Assembly: GCF_001194135.2 (NCBI RefSeq)
Contig: NC_068981.1
Location: 100,540,346 to 100,604,345 of the forward strand
Length of the DNA stretch: 64,000 nucleotides
Origin: Octopus bimaculoides
Lineage: Eukaryota
Direction: 5' to 3'
Shown here: positions 37,841 through 51,044 of the stretch, in pieces
Position numbering within the stretch: position 1 is the first letter of the stretch
How the letters are laid out: each line of letters begins with the position of its first letter
The notes under the pieces: generated by a model
The model's database searches: none
The model's input: only the letters and a program-made list of their open reading frames with translations
Told to the model about the DNA's origin: nothing
Translations under genes and position numbers: made by a program

Positions 37841-39279
37841 TGTATCAGGCAAATAAATTACTATTGTTTAACGTTAGTACAGTTCTTTGAAAATATCTTG
37901 CTTCAATTTTCTTCATTGCAGTTAATGGCAAGCTGCCACTGCTAATTACATCAAAGCAGGGTTGAATGGTTGAAAGTCTAAGTTAGTCTTTAATGCTTCA
38001 TTTCCCAAGTTATTGTCACCAATTTTCTTGGTAGTTTTATGTTCCTTTGTCAAATAAAGAAACTAAATGTCTATTGGTAGACAGGGTTTTTTGTCACTAA
38101 ATGTCACAAATAGCAAATTCAGGTAATTTTCTTTGGAATTAAATGGGTATATTAGGCTTTCTTTTATTTTTACAAGTCTAACAAAATAGGATTCCAGTTG
38201 TTATTTCAGCTTGTTTTTTGTTTTGTTTTTTTCAGCCTTTCTCAGATATATTATGTACCAATATTTAACTTTCAGAATGTTCATTTTTGTAAATTAATTG
38301 CAAAATATTTATCAGCATTGAACATTCTTTCATTCATGTGTGCCATCTTAAGCAAATGTCTTTTACCATAGCCTCAAATCATCCCTGTCATCCTGTCAGT
38401 GAAATCAGGCAGATGTAAACTATTTGGAAACCTGTCAGTAGGATTGTGTCTCTAATTCAAAAGTTCAACCATGTTACATTGTGTCATGTTGATTTAGTCT
38501 GAGAGTTATGTGAAGAGTAAACATCTGTGAGAAACTCAGCCAATTACTCATTAATTTAACAAACCAGATGAGCATTCAGATCTGAACTACTGAATGCTCA
38601 TCATGAAAACTGATGAAACACCCAACACAATAGAGTTAAATTTGATTAACATTTAATCTATAGTTTATCAATTTAGTTAAATGTCATTAAATCGCTTTAG
38701 AATAGATTTGAATAGGAAATAGCTAATGAACAAAATAATTCCATATTAGAACACCCTTAAAGAAGCAAAAAATAGACTTTTATAGTGAGCTGCAGTGGTT
38801 CAGTGGGTCACAGTTCAACTACCTGACTAACAAATCACAATTTTGAATCTGCTGAGAAAAGTACTGAATATCTTGCTTGTTTGCCTAAGAGATAAAAGCA
38901 AGAGATGAAAAAAAAAACAGAAAGAGAGTAAAAAGAAGAATATCTAATTGAACTTTGACATGCAGTACTTTATCCCTCTTTATTCATCACTCACTACATT
39001 CACCCCAATCACCATCTCTAACTATCTGTTATTCTCCTCACACTCATATGAAACTACTCCCCTCCCCCTCTCTGATCCACTGCCCACAAGAAAAAAAAAG
39101 GACGCTGTTACCTCTGCTGGCAACAAAGGTCTTCTCCTTTGCAACAGGATCATCTTTGCTTATTGGCATTATAGGCCCATGGGCAAAGCAATGCACTGGT
39201 CCTTCTAGTATTTATTTACAGACAGCAAGACAGAGCAGACTAGTATTGGGTCCTTTGACACTTGGATCCCCAGACAACT

Positions 39280-39610
39280 TTCCAGTGTATCAGAATTGCC
39301 TCAGAATGAAGGGCAGACTGTATGATGTCTGTGTATGAACTAAAATGCTGCATGGTAATGAGATGGGAAGCTTAAATGCAGAAGACTTACAAAGACTAGA
39401 AAGAAATTAAACAGGCAAGCTTTGCTGGATGTGTGATTTGCATCTATAAAAGAGTACAAATGAGCTGGAAGAAAACTTGGTACATAGAGAACCAGAAGTA
39501 GTGAGCAAGAGAGAAGACTGTGCTGGTGTTGGTATGTGATACAGATGGAGGATAACAGCAACATAAGGAAGTATCAAGTGCTTAAAGTTTAATGGAGTAT
39601 GTGAGACCTG
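39280..39610 (+). mobile_element. Old RTE ORF2 fragment
   Basis: LRMKGRLYDVCV..KMLHG...AEDLQRLERN, homologous to LRVKGRLYDACVRTVMLHG at 54010. Confidence 0.7.
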
Positions 39611-39808
39611 AGAAGATTTGAAACAAGGTGGTGAAAATTGATCTCAAGATGTTGCATCTCATTAAGAAAATGATAAAAGGCCAAGAGAACATGTTGATTG
39701 GTGATACACAGTGCCAAAGAAAATTTGACCATTGCACAAGCTTGGTAAATGTACCTTAATGATAGAGCCAAGTGATGTATGTATGCATGCATGTATATAT
39801 ACAATCAT

Positions 39809-40214
39809 GACACGAAACTCGGCTTGCGAAGACCTGTTGGGGTAAGCAAAAGCGAAATCGAGATGGCACCTGTGCCCAGCGGCGCCTTCCTGACACTTGT
39901 GCCGGTGGCACGCGTAAAGACATTCGAGCGAGATCGTTGCCAGTGCCGCTGGACTGGCTCCTGTGCAGGTGGCACGTAAAATACACCATTTTGAGCGTGG
40001 CCGTTGCCAGTACCGCCTGACTGGCCTTTGTGCCGGTGGCACGTAAAAGCACCCACTACACTCTCGGAGTGGTTGGCGTTAGGAAGGGCATCCAGCTGTA
40101 GAAACTCTGCCAAATCAGATTGGAGCCTGGTGTAGCCATCTGGTTCACCAGTCCTCGGTGAAATCGTCCAACCCATGCTAGCATGGAAAGCAGACGTTAA
40201 ACGATGATGATGAT
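39809..40214 (+). mobile_element. Young RTE LINE 3'UTR/tail copy (CpG-intact)
   Basis: Near-identical to 54604-54960, with a (GAT)n tail. Confidence 0.9.
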
Positions 40215-40699
40215 GTATGTATGCACATATATATGCATACATGTATGTATGTATGTATTCTTTCTAATTCTTCTCTGGCCAGCCTCATCAACTCAAACAA
40301 CCATTTTTATACAAATGATAAGAAAAACATAGATTTTTAAGTTGGTGTCAAAATATTTAATGCAGGGAGAAATAAAAATCTAACTAGAAATAATTATGCA
40401 ATGAGAAAAATAACAATATTAATCAATCACTACAGTTATTTTTATTCTTCAACAAATACAGGAGATAACTTTCATGTGGATGCCATCTTTGAATTATGCA
40501 ATCATTCAACAATTCCATTTTCTAATGCTAACTGATGTACAACTTTGTACTTTTACTTTTTGATTCTATCATCATTACTTTGACAATTATGGTGAAGGCA
40601 CTATGCTATGATGATAAAGTCTGAATGGTATCAAAAAGTACCCAGAGTTGTTACCCCTACTTTCCGAATAGAAGATGAAAATAATATCCATATTATCAT

Positions 40700-43150
40700 T
40701 TCCAGTTATTAATTTAACTTAAATATTATTTTTAACGCAGATGGCGTCTCTGATGATGATGGAGAATGACTGGCTCTGGGGAAGTTCATTTTGGTTAATG
40801 TATTTGGTCAACGCTAAAATGACTTCTGGAAAAAAAAATAAAATAAAGCAAGAAAAAATTCTTTGCGAATATAAGATGATTGATTTAGATTTAAATCAAG
40901 AGAAATCTGAAATTTCTCTTAGAACTTTATTTCTACAACTGATTTACCTTTCCGAAAGGCGGTTGAGGTTCAGAAACTTAACCAAGAGCAGATAACTCCT
41001 TTTTTTTCTAAAATCAGTTATGCCAGCTTTCTCAAGAAAAGTGCATGTAATTGTCATCGCTGAAGATTAACTTTCTAAGTTACTGCAATATTACAAGTGT
41101 TGGCTATGCTCCAAATGTATATTGCAGGATATTGTTCATTCAGCATGACTGTCAATAGATTTTCTTGATTTAACAACTTTTTCGTCGTCTTATTTATCTT
41201 TTTTTTTTTGTATATACCAATGAAGAAAATAAGATGTCTATTTGTTTCTACCTCTACCTGTTCAGTGTCTCATTACTAACAAGTAATGACCAAAACTACT
41301 GATTTCTGCACTTTTTTTACACTTTCACTATTGTGTGAAACCAGATTAGTTTCGCTGCTGGATCTCTTTAATTCCATTTCGTCCTTTTACCATTTCAATC
41401 GTCCTGGTAAGTCGCACCAAACTATAGTATTTACTTTTTTCAAGGAAATTGTTTAGATAAGAGAACATAATTGTTTTCTCACGGAGAATCGGTTTCATAC
41501 ACGCACACACGCACACACTTACATACATACATACATACATACATACACACACATACATACATCGTTTATTGTTGATACTAATATTTCATTAAACACATAT
41601 ATATTTACCTTTGAATAACTAACCTTACACCTATATTTTCCAGATTAAACACCACTCAAGTTTGTAGCTATAGGAGAAATTATCAACGAAAAATTGAAAC
41701 AGCTTTAGTCTTGGAATTATCTAGTGTCGAGTTTGCTATAATAGACTACACTAATGTCCTATCAGATTTATTTTCCTTATTGAATACTTTCGTTCTTTAA
41801 ATATTGTAATATGGAGACACCCTTTTCTAGATTACATTTCTTTTTATTTAGTATTTAATCAAGATTGTTTTTGTGAAGTTGCATAACTAAACACATCATC
41901 TCGTACGACGCTATGTAGATTCCCAAAATGCATCCTAAATGTCTAACAGAATTAAAATAGAAAAGACGTTTATCTCGAATTGTCTAAACTGAGCGTATTC
42001 CTATGGCACATAGTCATTCGAACGGTTAGATGCAATCCTCTGTTCTATTGTTTTGAATTTAACGTACTGTACACTCAAACATGCAGCAGTTTATGATATG
42101 ATGTGCAGTGATACAGTTTGGACATGTTGCACTCAAACTACTGCATGTTCTTGTGTTATTGTTGTTTAGATCCATTCTTTCTTCATGGAAGGGTTTAAGT
42201 ATATCCAGAGCTACTTTATCCAATATGACCTTCTTTTCTAAAACGGCAAATCGTGATTTTATAGGAATTTGGCTGCTATTTCCAGTCGATCCAACGACTA
42301 CGCAGAGGCTACTTTCAATGGTTCACTTCTCTTGCTGTTCGTTAGCTTCAAATCAGCTCTGAACGAGCAAAGCTATTCCAGCCATGACGATCACAATTTT
42401 TATCTTCCTTTGTATATCTTGGATAACACTCTCCAATGTCCCCTTTGTTATGACTGTAGGGTGTTACAGGGCATGAGTATCAAATTATGATGGATTTAGC
42501 TGCCATTTCTAGAAAATAGAATCTTCGTTCTCTATATCTGTAGGTTTTGGTGGGACCGGGGCCCCACAGCGGAGCTAAACTTTATCTGAGAGTAATCTGG
42601 GACACTGACGTACAAAAGCATACATGCATTTTGTTGTTTTGGAAACAACATCCTCTCTTTTCCGTCTTTCACTAATCACCCTTATCCTAATACCTAACAT
42701 TTTAAACTGCATACCTTACGGTTTCATGCAAGGGCACCCCGAAGGGCTACACGTAGTGCATTTTAGGACACGATATATATATATNNNNNNNNNNNNNNNN
42801 NNNNNNNNNNNNNNNNNNNNNNNNNNNNNNNNNNNNNNNNNNNNNNNNNNNNNNNNNNNNNNNNNNNNNNNNNNNNNNNNNNNACACACACACACACATC
42901 ATTTTGGGCTTGGCTTAAGAATCGAAACCGTAACTTAAATTTTACTCCAATATCCCCCCCCCCCCTTTGTCTAACGTCTAGTGCATCAAAATTAATGAGA
43001 TCGGCTGTTATTTTTATCACATTTCCTTAGTTTAAGTAGTTTCCATAGGTCACCGGGAGTTGAAGAGATACCAAAAACGTCTTAAATCCGTTTGGATGTT
43101 ACAGGGCATGAAGTTCACATTCGGCCTCACTATGTCCACTTGCTATCCGC
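40700..43150. promoter_or_regulatory. CpG-retaining region, candidate promoter/first-exon zone
   Basis: Frequent CpG in non-repeat DNA; strong donors facing outward (minus AAG|GTAAAT at 40947, plus CTG|GTAAGT at 41407). Confidence 0.35.
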
Positions 43151-44548
43151 CATCCCCGTCCACTCCTCTCTCTCTCTCTTTCTCTCTTTCTTCCTCCCTC
43201 TCTCATTTATTGTTCTTTCAGTTAGTAGCAACTGTTGACCTTGATAAAGATTGACATTGAAAGTATTTATGCAATAGCTTTTAACAAATTTGTTTTGAAA
43301 ATATAAGACATCATCCACTTTAATTCGTTATTGATACTCAAATTACTTCATAATGTTTCTTATTTCTTTAGCCAAGTTATGATTGAAGTATTAAAGAACA
43401 GAAAACAGTTCACTAATTATTAGATGGGACATACATTTTAAGATAAAAACAAGATTCGTTGTTAATATTCAACAGTATAAAGAGATGAGAGTTAAAAACC
43501 CAGTGTTCAATGCAGTCACACAACCTGCTAGAAATAACAGCTAAGTTTTTCTCCAATCACACCCTGTTGAGGAAACGTTGGATAATGGGACAAAATTTCA
43601 AATTAGTGGCTTCATACTTTTATTTATTTATTTATTTATTGGTGTTTCTTACGAAAATTACAATTTTGAAAAAGATTTTTGTCTAAAAGAATAAAAGTTT
43701 CAGGTTTTTACATTTTTGCACCTCACCCTCCCTGCCTTCCATAACCATTTCCTCTCCTATGAAGAAAAACACTACTTCTAATATAGCCGAAGATGTACCC
43801 TTAAAAAGACAAGATGGTCAAGGTTGGAATGCCTTTGGTCATTGGTCTGCTCAGTCAGGGCCAACTTGGCCCAAAATTACATGAGGAGTATTGACTAACA
43901 GAGGAATATTGGTTTCTTGAGTATATACATACACACACACACATGATGGGCTTCTTTCAGTTTCCACCTTTCACATCCATTCAAAGCCTAAGGTGACACA
44001 GTGCTATAGTGGAAGACACTTGCCCAAGGTACCATGCAGTGGGAAATCTGAAAGCATGTGGGTGAGAAGCAAGCTTCTTACCACACACCCAAGCCTATAC
44101 TTATATAAAACTTACTTTGCAGTGTGAAAGACACATTAGCCATTCAAAAACACATGAAGACTGTTAACTTCCTTTAAACATTTAGTATTTGTTATATGGT
44201 TTCAAAATGTTCATCACTTGAAACTGTGACCCAGTCAACAGTCTTTGTGTAATTTGAATGGCTAACGTGTCTTCCACATTGCAATTGGTCCCAGATCAAA
44301 TCACTTGCCTGCTACTTACTTTATTAATACCAAAGGGATAGAAGGCAAAGCTGATTCTAGTAGGATTCAAACATATAACAAGGTATAGCAAACTCCTAAC
44401 AGTAGAACAGTTCAACTAACCATTTCATGTGCCTTATCAGATTTGGTAAAATTAGTTGTTTTGACTGATACTTGTTGCACAAACTGGGTAGGGTTTGGAG
44501 TATACCATTTAACAAAAATAAATAAATACACTCCTTTTATCTCTACAC

Positions 44549-44760
44549 CAGTGATTCTCAACCAGGGTCCATATAGGCTCTTATGAGTCCATATAAGAAT
44601 TCATTGTTAAAATTTATGTGCAATAAACTGGTTATATTTCTGCAATACAAATATTTAAACATTTTTTTTTTATAGACACCAAATGGCTGTGAGGGCCCCA
44701 CCCCCTGAGTAAAATAGGAATCAAAGGGGTCCATGAGCAAAAACTGGATGAGCACCACTG
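44549..44760. mobile_element. hAT-Charlie-type MITE
   Basis: CAGTGATTCTCAACC ... GCACCACTG; 8-bp TSD CTCTACAC/CTGTACAC (7/8). Partial relatives at about 704-870 and 63844-63890. Confidence 0.85.
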
Positions 44761-45046
44761 CTGTACACTATAGTCAGTGGCATAGTTAGAGTGTGTGGAG
44801 TCCATGTCTTCCCCCCATCCCACTCCCACCGTCTTCTTTACAGATTTATACAACAAACTCAAAGTGCTACCCACATATAAATATCATCCAAGGCAGACTG
44901 CCCCTATCAACCCTCACCCCCACTAGCCATGCCACTAACTGTGTAACTCATTCCTCTAATGTGCAAAATGTCTGTAACTTTTATTATCTATGCCAGTCAT
45001 AGACAACTTGTGATTTGCAAGATTTTCTGAATGACATGCCCAACAA

Positions 45047-45050
<4 letters not shown>

Positions 45051-45123
<73 letters not shown>
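45051..45123. repeat. (TA)n microsatellite
   Basis: One of many (TA)n, (CA)n and (CAT)n tracts, e.g. 11765-11790, 15999-16040, 21980-22018, 33896-33936, 58864-58897, 60394-60575. Confidence 0.95.
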
Positions 45124-45125
<2 letters not shown>

Positions 45126-45562
45126 TTTTTATCTTTTTGTAATGTGGTCTGCCAATGATGTGCCTTGTTTCATGCAGCCTACTTCTTGAAAAAAAGTTGT
45201 TCATGTCTTATCTATGCAGGGAAAAAAAATTTTTTATGAAACATTCTAAGTAAACAGTGAATTAATTCACCAACTGTATATAGTATCATTTCAGCAGATG
45301 CCTAATATAATATAAATGGTTATCATTAAGAGAATATCTACTTGTATAATTTCTATTCACATATCATTTTTTTCATCATCATCATTTTAATGTCCACTTT
45401 TCCATTCTTTCATGGGTCAAACAGAATTTGTTGAGGTGGATTTTCTGTGGCCAGATGCCCTTCCTGCCACTAACCTTCACTTGCTTCCAAGTAAGATAAT
45501 ATCGGTTTCAAATTCTATTGCAGTGAAAAACAGTTAATAATATAATAGTTCATTGTGCCATG

Positions 45563-45637
45563 GGTTGCTTAGCTTAATGGTACAAAGCACTTAACTGGAG
45601 TTTCAGAGATACAGGGTTCAATCCCCAATAGTGGCCT
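45563..45637 (+). pseudogene. Degenerate tRNA-like sequence (loop CT-GGA-GT, short variable arm; isotype uncertain)
   Basis: Acceptor GGTTGCT/AGTGGCC pairs, D-stem GCTT/AAGC with TGG loop, GGTTCAATCC B-box. Anticodon and T stems are imperfect. Confidence 0.5.
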
Positions 45638-46019
45638 GCTAGCCACTTAAAGGTGGCAAGATGTCAGAATCATTAGCATACTGAGCAAAACGCTTAGCAA
45701 CATTTTGTCCATCTTTACATTCTCAGTTCAAATTCTGTTGAGATCGACTTCATCTTTCATCCTTTTGGGGTTGATAAAATAAGTACCATTTGAGCACTGG
45801 AGTCGATGTAATTGACCAACCCCTTCTAGACTTGCTGGCCTACTGCCAAAAATTTGAAGTCAATATATTATAGTTTATTATTGTTACTAGTAATGTTTTA
45901 TTAAACACCTCCATATTTACTTCATCTCCACTCTCTTCTGCTCTCCTCGTATCATCACTATTTTTTATCTTTCCAGCTCTTCCCTGAGCCTCTCTTACAC
46001 ACACACATACACACACACA

Positions 46020-47896
46020 CAGAGGTGGGCACCGTTAATTGAAAAGTTAACTTCGTTAATCCGTTAGTTCTTTGAAAATGCAACGGAACGTCAATGCGTT
46101 AACGTTTATTGAAAAAAGGCATAACTACAGTTTAGTACCCCACCAATTTTGTTGCCTCATAACTTTCAGAAGTATTTGATATTTTTTAACGAAACTTTCA
46201 CCAAATAATTGCTTATATCCTGTAGATTGAGTGTATGCAATGATTTGTTGGAAAAAATTTATGAGGGGTTGGGGGGAGGAGTTTCGGAAAATTCACAGGA
46301 CCCGACATTTTCCCCCTCGTAACTTTCTGGAAAACAGGTATTTCTTAATAAGATTTTATGCTAATACCTTTCAAACGGTGTAGATTAGGATTACAAAGAA
46401 ATTTGTGGGTAAAATTTTTGGAAGGGGGCGGGGTAGGAGTTTCAGAGCAGACGGCCCACGTAAGTTGGAATTTCTCCGTTTTGACGGGGATTTTTTCCAA
46501 TGTTTTTCACCAAANNNNNNNNNNNNNNNNNNNNNNNNNNNNNNNNNNNNNNNNNNNNNNNNNNNNNNNNNNNNNNNNNNNNNNNNNNNNNNNNNNNNNN
46601 NNNNNNNNNNNNNNNNNNNNNNNCAATAGATGTGTGAGTGAGAAAGAAACGAGGAGGGAGGTTTTGGGATGTGCTAGAAACAACAGCCAGCTCTTTAAAT
46701 CATACATTTTCCTCTTAAATTGTTAACAATTTAAGAGGAAAATGTATGATTTAAAGAGCTGGCTGTTGTTTCTAGCACATCCCAAAACCTCCCTCCTCGT
46801 TTCTTTCTCACTCACACATCTATTGATATTTTTCTCCCCATAAACAAATTTTATGGAATATTGATGTCAAAGTAACACACATGTAGTCCCAACTGAACGA
46901 ATCCGTGTTATGTGTGTGTGTGTGTAAGAAAAAAAAATCACTTAAAAACACCTTTAGTGTTCATATTAATCTGTCAAATGTAATACTTATTTGTCCACGT
47001 TATTTTGAATTATTCAGGTTCAAAAGGTGTGTCCACAATATTTGCTTGTAACTTTGTAAATTTTTTATATACAGATTTGTAATTTTAACAGTGTGTGCTT
47101 TATATAGTTAGGTAACTTTATATAGTTATGTAACATTGGTTTATAGTTACGTAACTTTAGTTGATCTTGCTCAGTAAATTTGACTTTTATGGGCAGGTAA
47201 ATTTAATTAACAGGTGTAAAAGCAATAACATTATGGATAAGCACTAAAATTGAAATTCTTAATGTATCTTACCTGTTTGATTTGTTACTAAAATTATCCC
47301 AAATGGCAACTGACAAAAATTTTGCCACTTTTCAAGATGAAGTACATTAATTTGAATTAATTAAAATACAGGTATAATCGGTACAAGATTTTATTCTTTC
47401 GGTAAATATTTCGTACTTCAGTGTGGAATAATTTTTATTCACAGTTTTTTGGGGTGTATTCAACGTATCTGACCTCCAAACCTGCTGCAAGCCACTTTTT
47501 TCTGGAAAGGAAAGGTAAGAGGGGCAGTGGAGACTGTTCCCTCTTGACAGGACAAAGAAATTTCCCACTGTTTTTGCAAGCAACAAGCAGGTGGATTTGG
47601 TTTCAAATCCAGGCAAGGCCAAACAAGATCCCACAAGTTATTTATAATAATAAGTAGTGTTATATCGGGGTTGAAAGAATGACACATACAATATTAAATA
47701 TGCTAAGACAATCTGAAAACAATAGATATTTTTAAACGTTTACTAGTTTTTATGAGCTTTTGGGGTTAACAGACTCGAGTTAATGGAAGTTAACTAGTCT
47801 GATAATGATTTTCAAAGTTAACTTAAAAGTTAAATCGTTAATGAAAATGTTAACTTCATTAATTAACAATTAACGGATTAACGGACTTAGCCCAGC

Positions 47897-47900
<4 letters not shown>
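46020..47900. mobile_element. hAT-like non-autonomous element inserted between microsatellites, with nested inserts
   Basis: Termini CAGAGGTGGGC / GCCCAGCTCTG; subterminal GTTAAC/TAACG repeats at both ends. TSD obscured by (CA)n and (TA)n. Confidence 0.65.
46624..46825. repeat. Perfect 202-bp palindrome (101-bp arms, no spacer) abutting a gap
   Basis: Centre GTT|AAC at 46724/46725; arms are exactly reverse-complementary. Confidence 0.9.
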
Positions 47901-47932
<32 letters not shown>

Positions 47933-47935
47933 AGG

Positions 47936-48256
47936 AGACCCCCTTCAGTCATGAATGACCATGGGATTGTACCTAGAAAGTTACCCTCTGAGGCACAAGT
48001 CCAGGCAAGGTTGTTTTATGGAAGGCTAGCAATCACCCATGCATACCACCCTTTCCTCTCCACACCACTGATGTTATCTAATGGGAAGACAAAGGCCGAT
48101 AGAGCTTGACACCAGTGATGTCGCAACTCATTTCTACAGCTGAATTAGCTGGGGCAATATGAAATAAAGTGCCTTGCTCAAGAACACAACTCAAACCCGG
48201 TCCAGGAATCGAACTCACAACCTCACGATCGTAAGCTCGACACTCTAACTACTGAG
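47936..48256 (-). mobile_element. SINE family C
   Basis: Reverse complement of 13262-13582. Confidence 0.85.
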
Positions 48257-48327
48257 TGTGTGTGTGTCATCTGAGAGTTCATAAGTCAGAAAAAAATGCA
48301 CCCATATATCTGTCAATAGAGAGGGTA

Positions 48328-48573
48328 TATTATCTGAAGTGTACAGTATTATATATCCACTATGGCTGATCTTACCAATCAGTTTCGTGTTAGGGAATTA
48401 TGTAACTTTGTGCTCATCAGAAGTAGCTGATGTCGCCATGTTTCATTCCATATCTGATGAATGCAGAGTTACATAATCGGATTGTTACCTAAGACTCCAT
48501 TGAATCCTTAGCACAAAACTGATTGGTAAGATCGGCCGAAATAGACATACAATATTATACACTTCAGATAATG
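48328..48573. mobile_element. Tc1/mariner-type fold-back MITE
   Basis: TA on both sides; about 70-bp outer IR (ATTATCTGAAGTGTA...GATCTTACCAATCAGTT) plus an inner IR ATTATGTAACT..TCATCAGA. Confidence 0.8.
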
Positions 48574-48575
48574 TA

Positions 48576-49762
48576 CAGGGGTTCGACAAAATAATGGAAA
48601 CACCTTAAAATTTCAAACAAATTTATTTTAATATGGGGTAGGACCACCTTTGGCAGTAATTACAGCTTGAATTCTACGAGGTATGGACTCGTACAAAGTT
48701 TGAATTGTTTCCAAAGGAATTTTTGTCCATTCTTCAACTAAAACAGTCTCCAGTTCTTGTAGTGATGATGGTGGAGGATATCGACTCCTTACTTGTTTTT
48801 CTAAAATACACCATAAATGTTCAATAATATTGAGATTTGGAGACTGTGGTGGCCAGATAAGATGTTCAACTTCACTAGAANNNNNNNNNNNNNNNNNNNN
48901 NNNNNNNNNNNNNNNNNNNNNNNNNNNNNNNNNNNNNNNNNNNNNNNNNNNNNNNNNNNNNNNNNNNNNNNNNNNNNNNNNNNNNNNNNNNNNNNNNNNN
49001 NNNNNNNNNNNNNNNNNNNNNNNNNNNNNNNNNNNNNNNNNNNNNNNNNNNNNNNNNNNNNNNNNNNNNNNNNNNNNNNNNNNNNNNNNNNNNNNNNNNN
49101 NNNNNNNNNNNNNNNNNNNNNNNNNNNNNNNNNNNNNNNNNNNNNNNNNNNNNNNNNNNNNNNNNNNNNNNNNNNNNNNNNNNNNNNNNNNNNNNNNNNN
49201 NNNNNNNNNNNNNNNNNNNNNNNNNNNNNNNNNNNNNNNNNNNNNNNNNNNNNNNNNNNNNNNNNNNNNNNNNNNNNNNNNNNNNNNNNNNNNNNNNNNN
49301 NNNNNNNNNNNNNNNNNNNNNNNNNNNNNNNNNNNNNNNNNNNNNNNNNNNNNNNNNNNNNNNNNNNNNNNNNNNNNNNNNNNNNNNNNNNNNNNNNNNN
49401 NNNNNNNNNNNNNNNNNNNNNNNNNNNNNNNNNNNNNNNNNNNNNNNNNNNNNNNNNNNNNNNNNNNNNNNNNNNNNNNNNNNNNNNNNNNNNNNNNNNN
49501 NNNNNNNNNNNNNNNNNNNNNNNNNNNNNNNNNNNNNNNNNNNNNNNNNTGACCTCTTTGAAAGTCTGATAGATCTGTCATTTTAATGAATTTTAATTAC
49601 CTTTTTCTGATGATATCTGAAAAGAAACAGCAATTTTAGCAAAACATATTAAGTAACACTAATAATAAATCAAAAAACATAAAAATAAACAAGCTTTTGA
49701 TGGTTTTATAGATATTTCAAAATTATGATGCTAGGTATTTCCATTATTTTGTCCAACCCCTG
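48576..49762 (-). mobile_element. Tc1-family transposon (transposase 49581-48628, mostly in an N gap)
   Basis: TA TSD; 29-bp TIRs CAGGGGTTCGACAAAATAATGGAAACACC (2 mismatches). MTDLSDFQRG start and WPPQSPNLNIIEHLW...GGPTPY end. Confidence 0.92.
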
Positions 49763-49770
49763 TATATATG

Positions 49771-51044
49771 CAGGGTGCGTAAGATATTTGAGGACAGATT
49801 TATGTTTATAAAAAAACAAATATATAGTAACAGATAATAACTTAATTTATCAAAGAATGCTATGAGGATAAAAATAAACCTTTTTTTCTATAATGTTATT
49901 TAATAAAACCACCTTCAGCTTCAAAAACTGCTTCTATATGAGATTAAATCATCTACATGCTCGAATCAAGTGGTCCTGGTTCATTTTGGACATTACTCTG
50001 ACTATGGCAGCTTTCATAGAATCTTTAGTGTTACGGCTGTGTTCATTTATCTCTCTCTCTCAACAACGCTCCACATGTAATAGTCCAATGGATTGAGATC
50101 TGGGGAATTAGGAGGCTAAATGTTAGGGGTTATATGATCATGAAAATTTTCAGCCATCCTTTCCTGTGTTACTAGAACCATGTGTAATAGTACAGAGTCT
50201 TACTGAAACACATATGGCCTTCCATTGCATACTCTGTCTATCCAGAACTTAACAATTATTTCCAGGACCTCAATGTAGGCAGCAGAGTTAACTCTAAGGC
50301 CTTGTGAAAAGAAGTAAGGAGGCATCACATGTCCTTCATTGCTGACAATCCTTAAAATCATGACAGTTGCAGGAAATCTTGTATGCATAACACTTGGAAC
50401 TTCCAAAGGGTCTACACATAACCATCTGTCATTTCTTCTGTTAACTTTTTGATCTTGGTCAAAGTTTTTCTCTCGTTTGAGAAAAACCAAATCAAATCTT
50501 CTGCTGGATTTTTCAGTTTGTGTAAGAGCCTTTTAGATCCGATGTAGTGATTTTCTTTTGCTTTTTTGGACAAATTGACCTTTCCTCATCATATAAGACT
50601 TATATCTGATGTCTTCATGGACAACATTTCTGACTGTTCCTTCTGACACATGGAGATCTTTTGCAATTGACCTCATGGACTTTTTTGGATTGTAATCAAT
50701 GGTCTGTTGAACTTGCTGGATAAATTCATGTGTTCTGATGATTTCAGGGCATTTAGAATGCCTTTTATGCTTTGATACTGGTGATACATTTCCATCTTCA
50801 GTCTCTAGCTCCTTACAAACTTTGTAGACAAAAGATCTGGCAACTTTTAAAACTCAAGATATTTCTAAATCACTATGCTCAGCCTTTATAACCACAATAA
50901 CAGCATACCTCTTTGTTTCTTGAGTAAGCTGAGTATCATTCTTGAGTACCATTATTATTTTCTGAAACAAAGATTATACAGAGTTAGCAAAAAATGCAGC
51001 AATGATCCAAAAAAGGTATATCCTCAAATACCTAACGCACCCTG
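49771..51044 (-). mobile_element. maT-family (DD37D) transposon, transposase pseudogene
   Basis: 24-bp TIRs CAGGGTGCGTAAGATATTTGAGGA (2 mismatches). EKNF, GHVMPP, YVFQ*DS...PPNSPDLNPLDYY with 37 residues between the Ds; internal stops. Confidence 0.88.

Noticed and set aside
40741-40995. 84-aa ORF MASLMMMENDW... preceded by an AG
   Set aside because: No recognisable homology, low-complexity A-rich middle and no compatible donor; treated only as part of the CpG-rich region.
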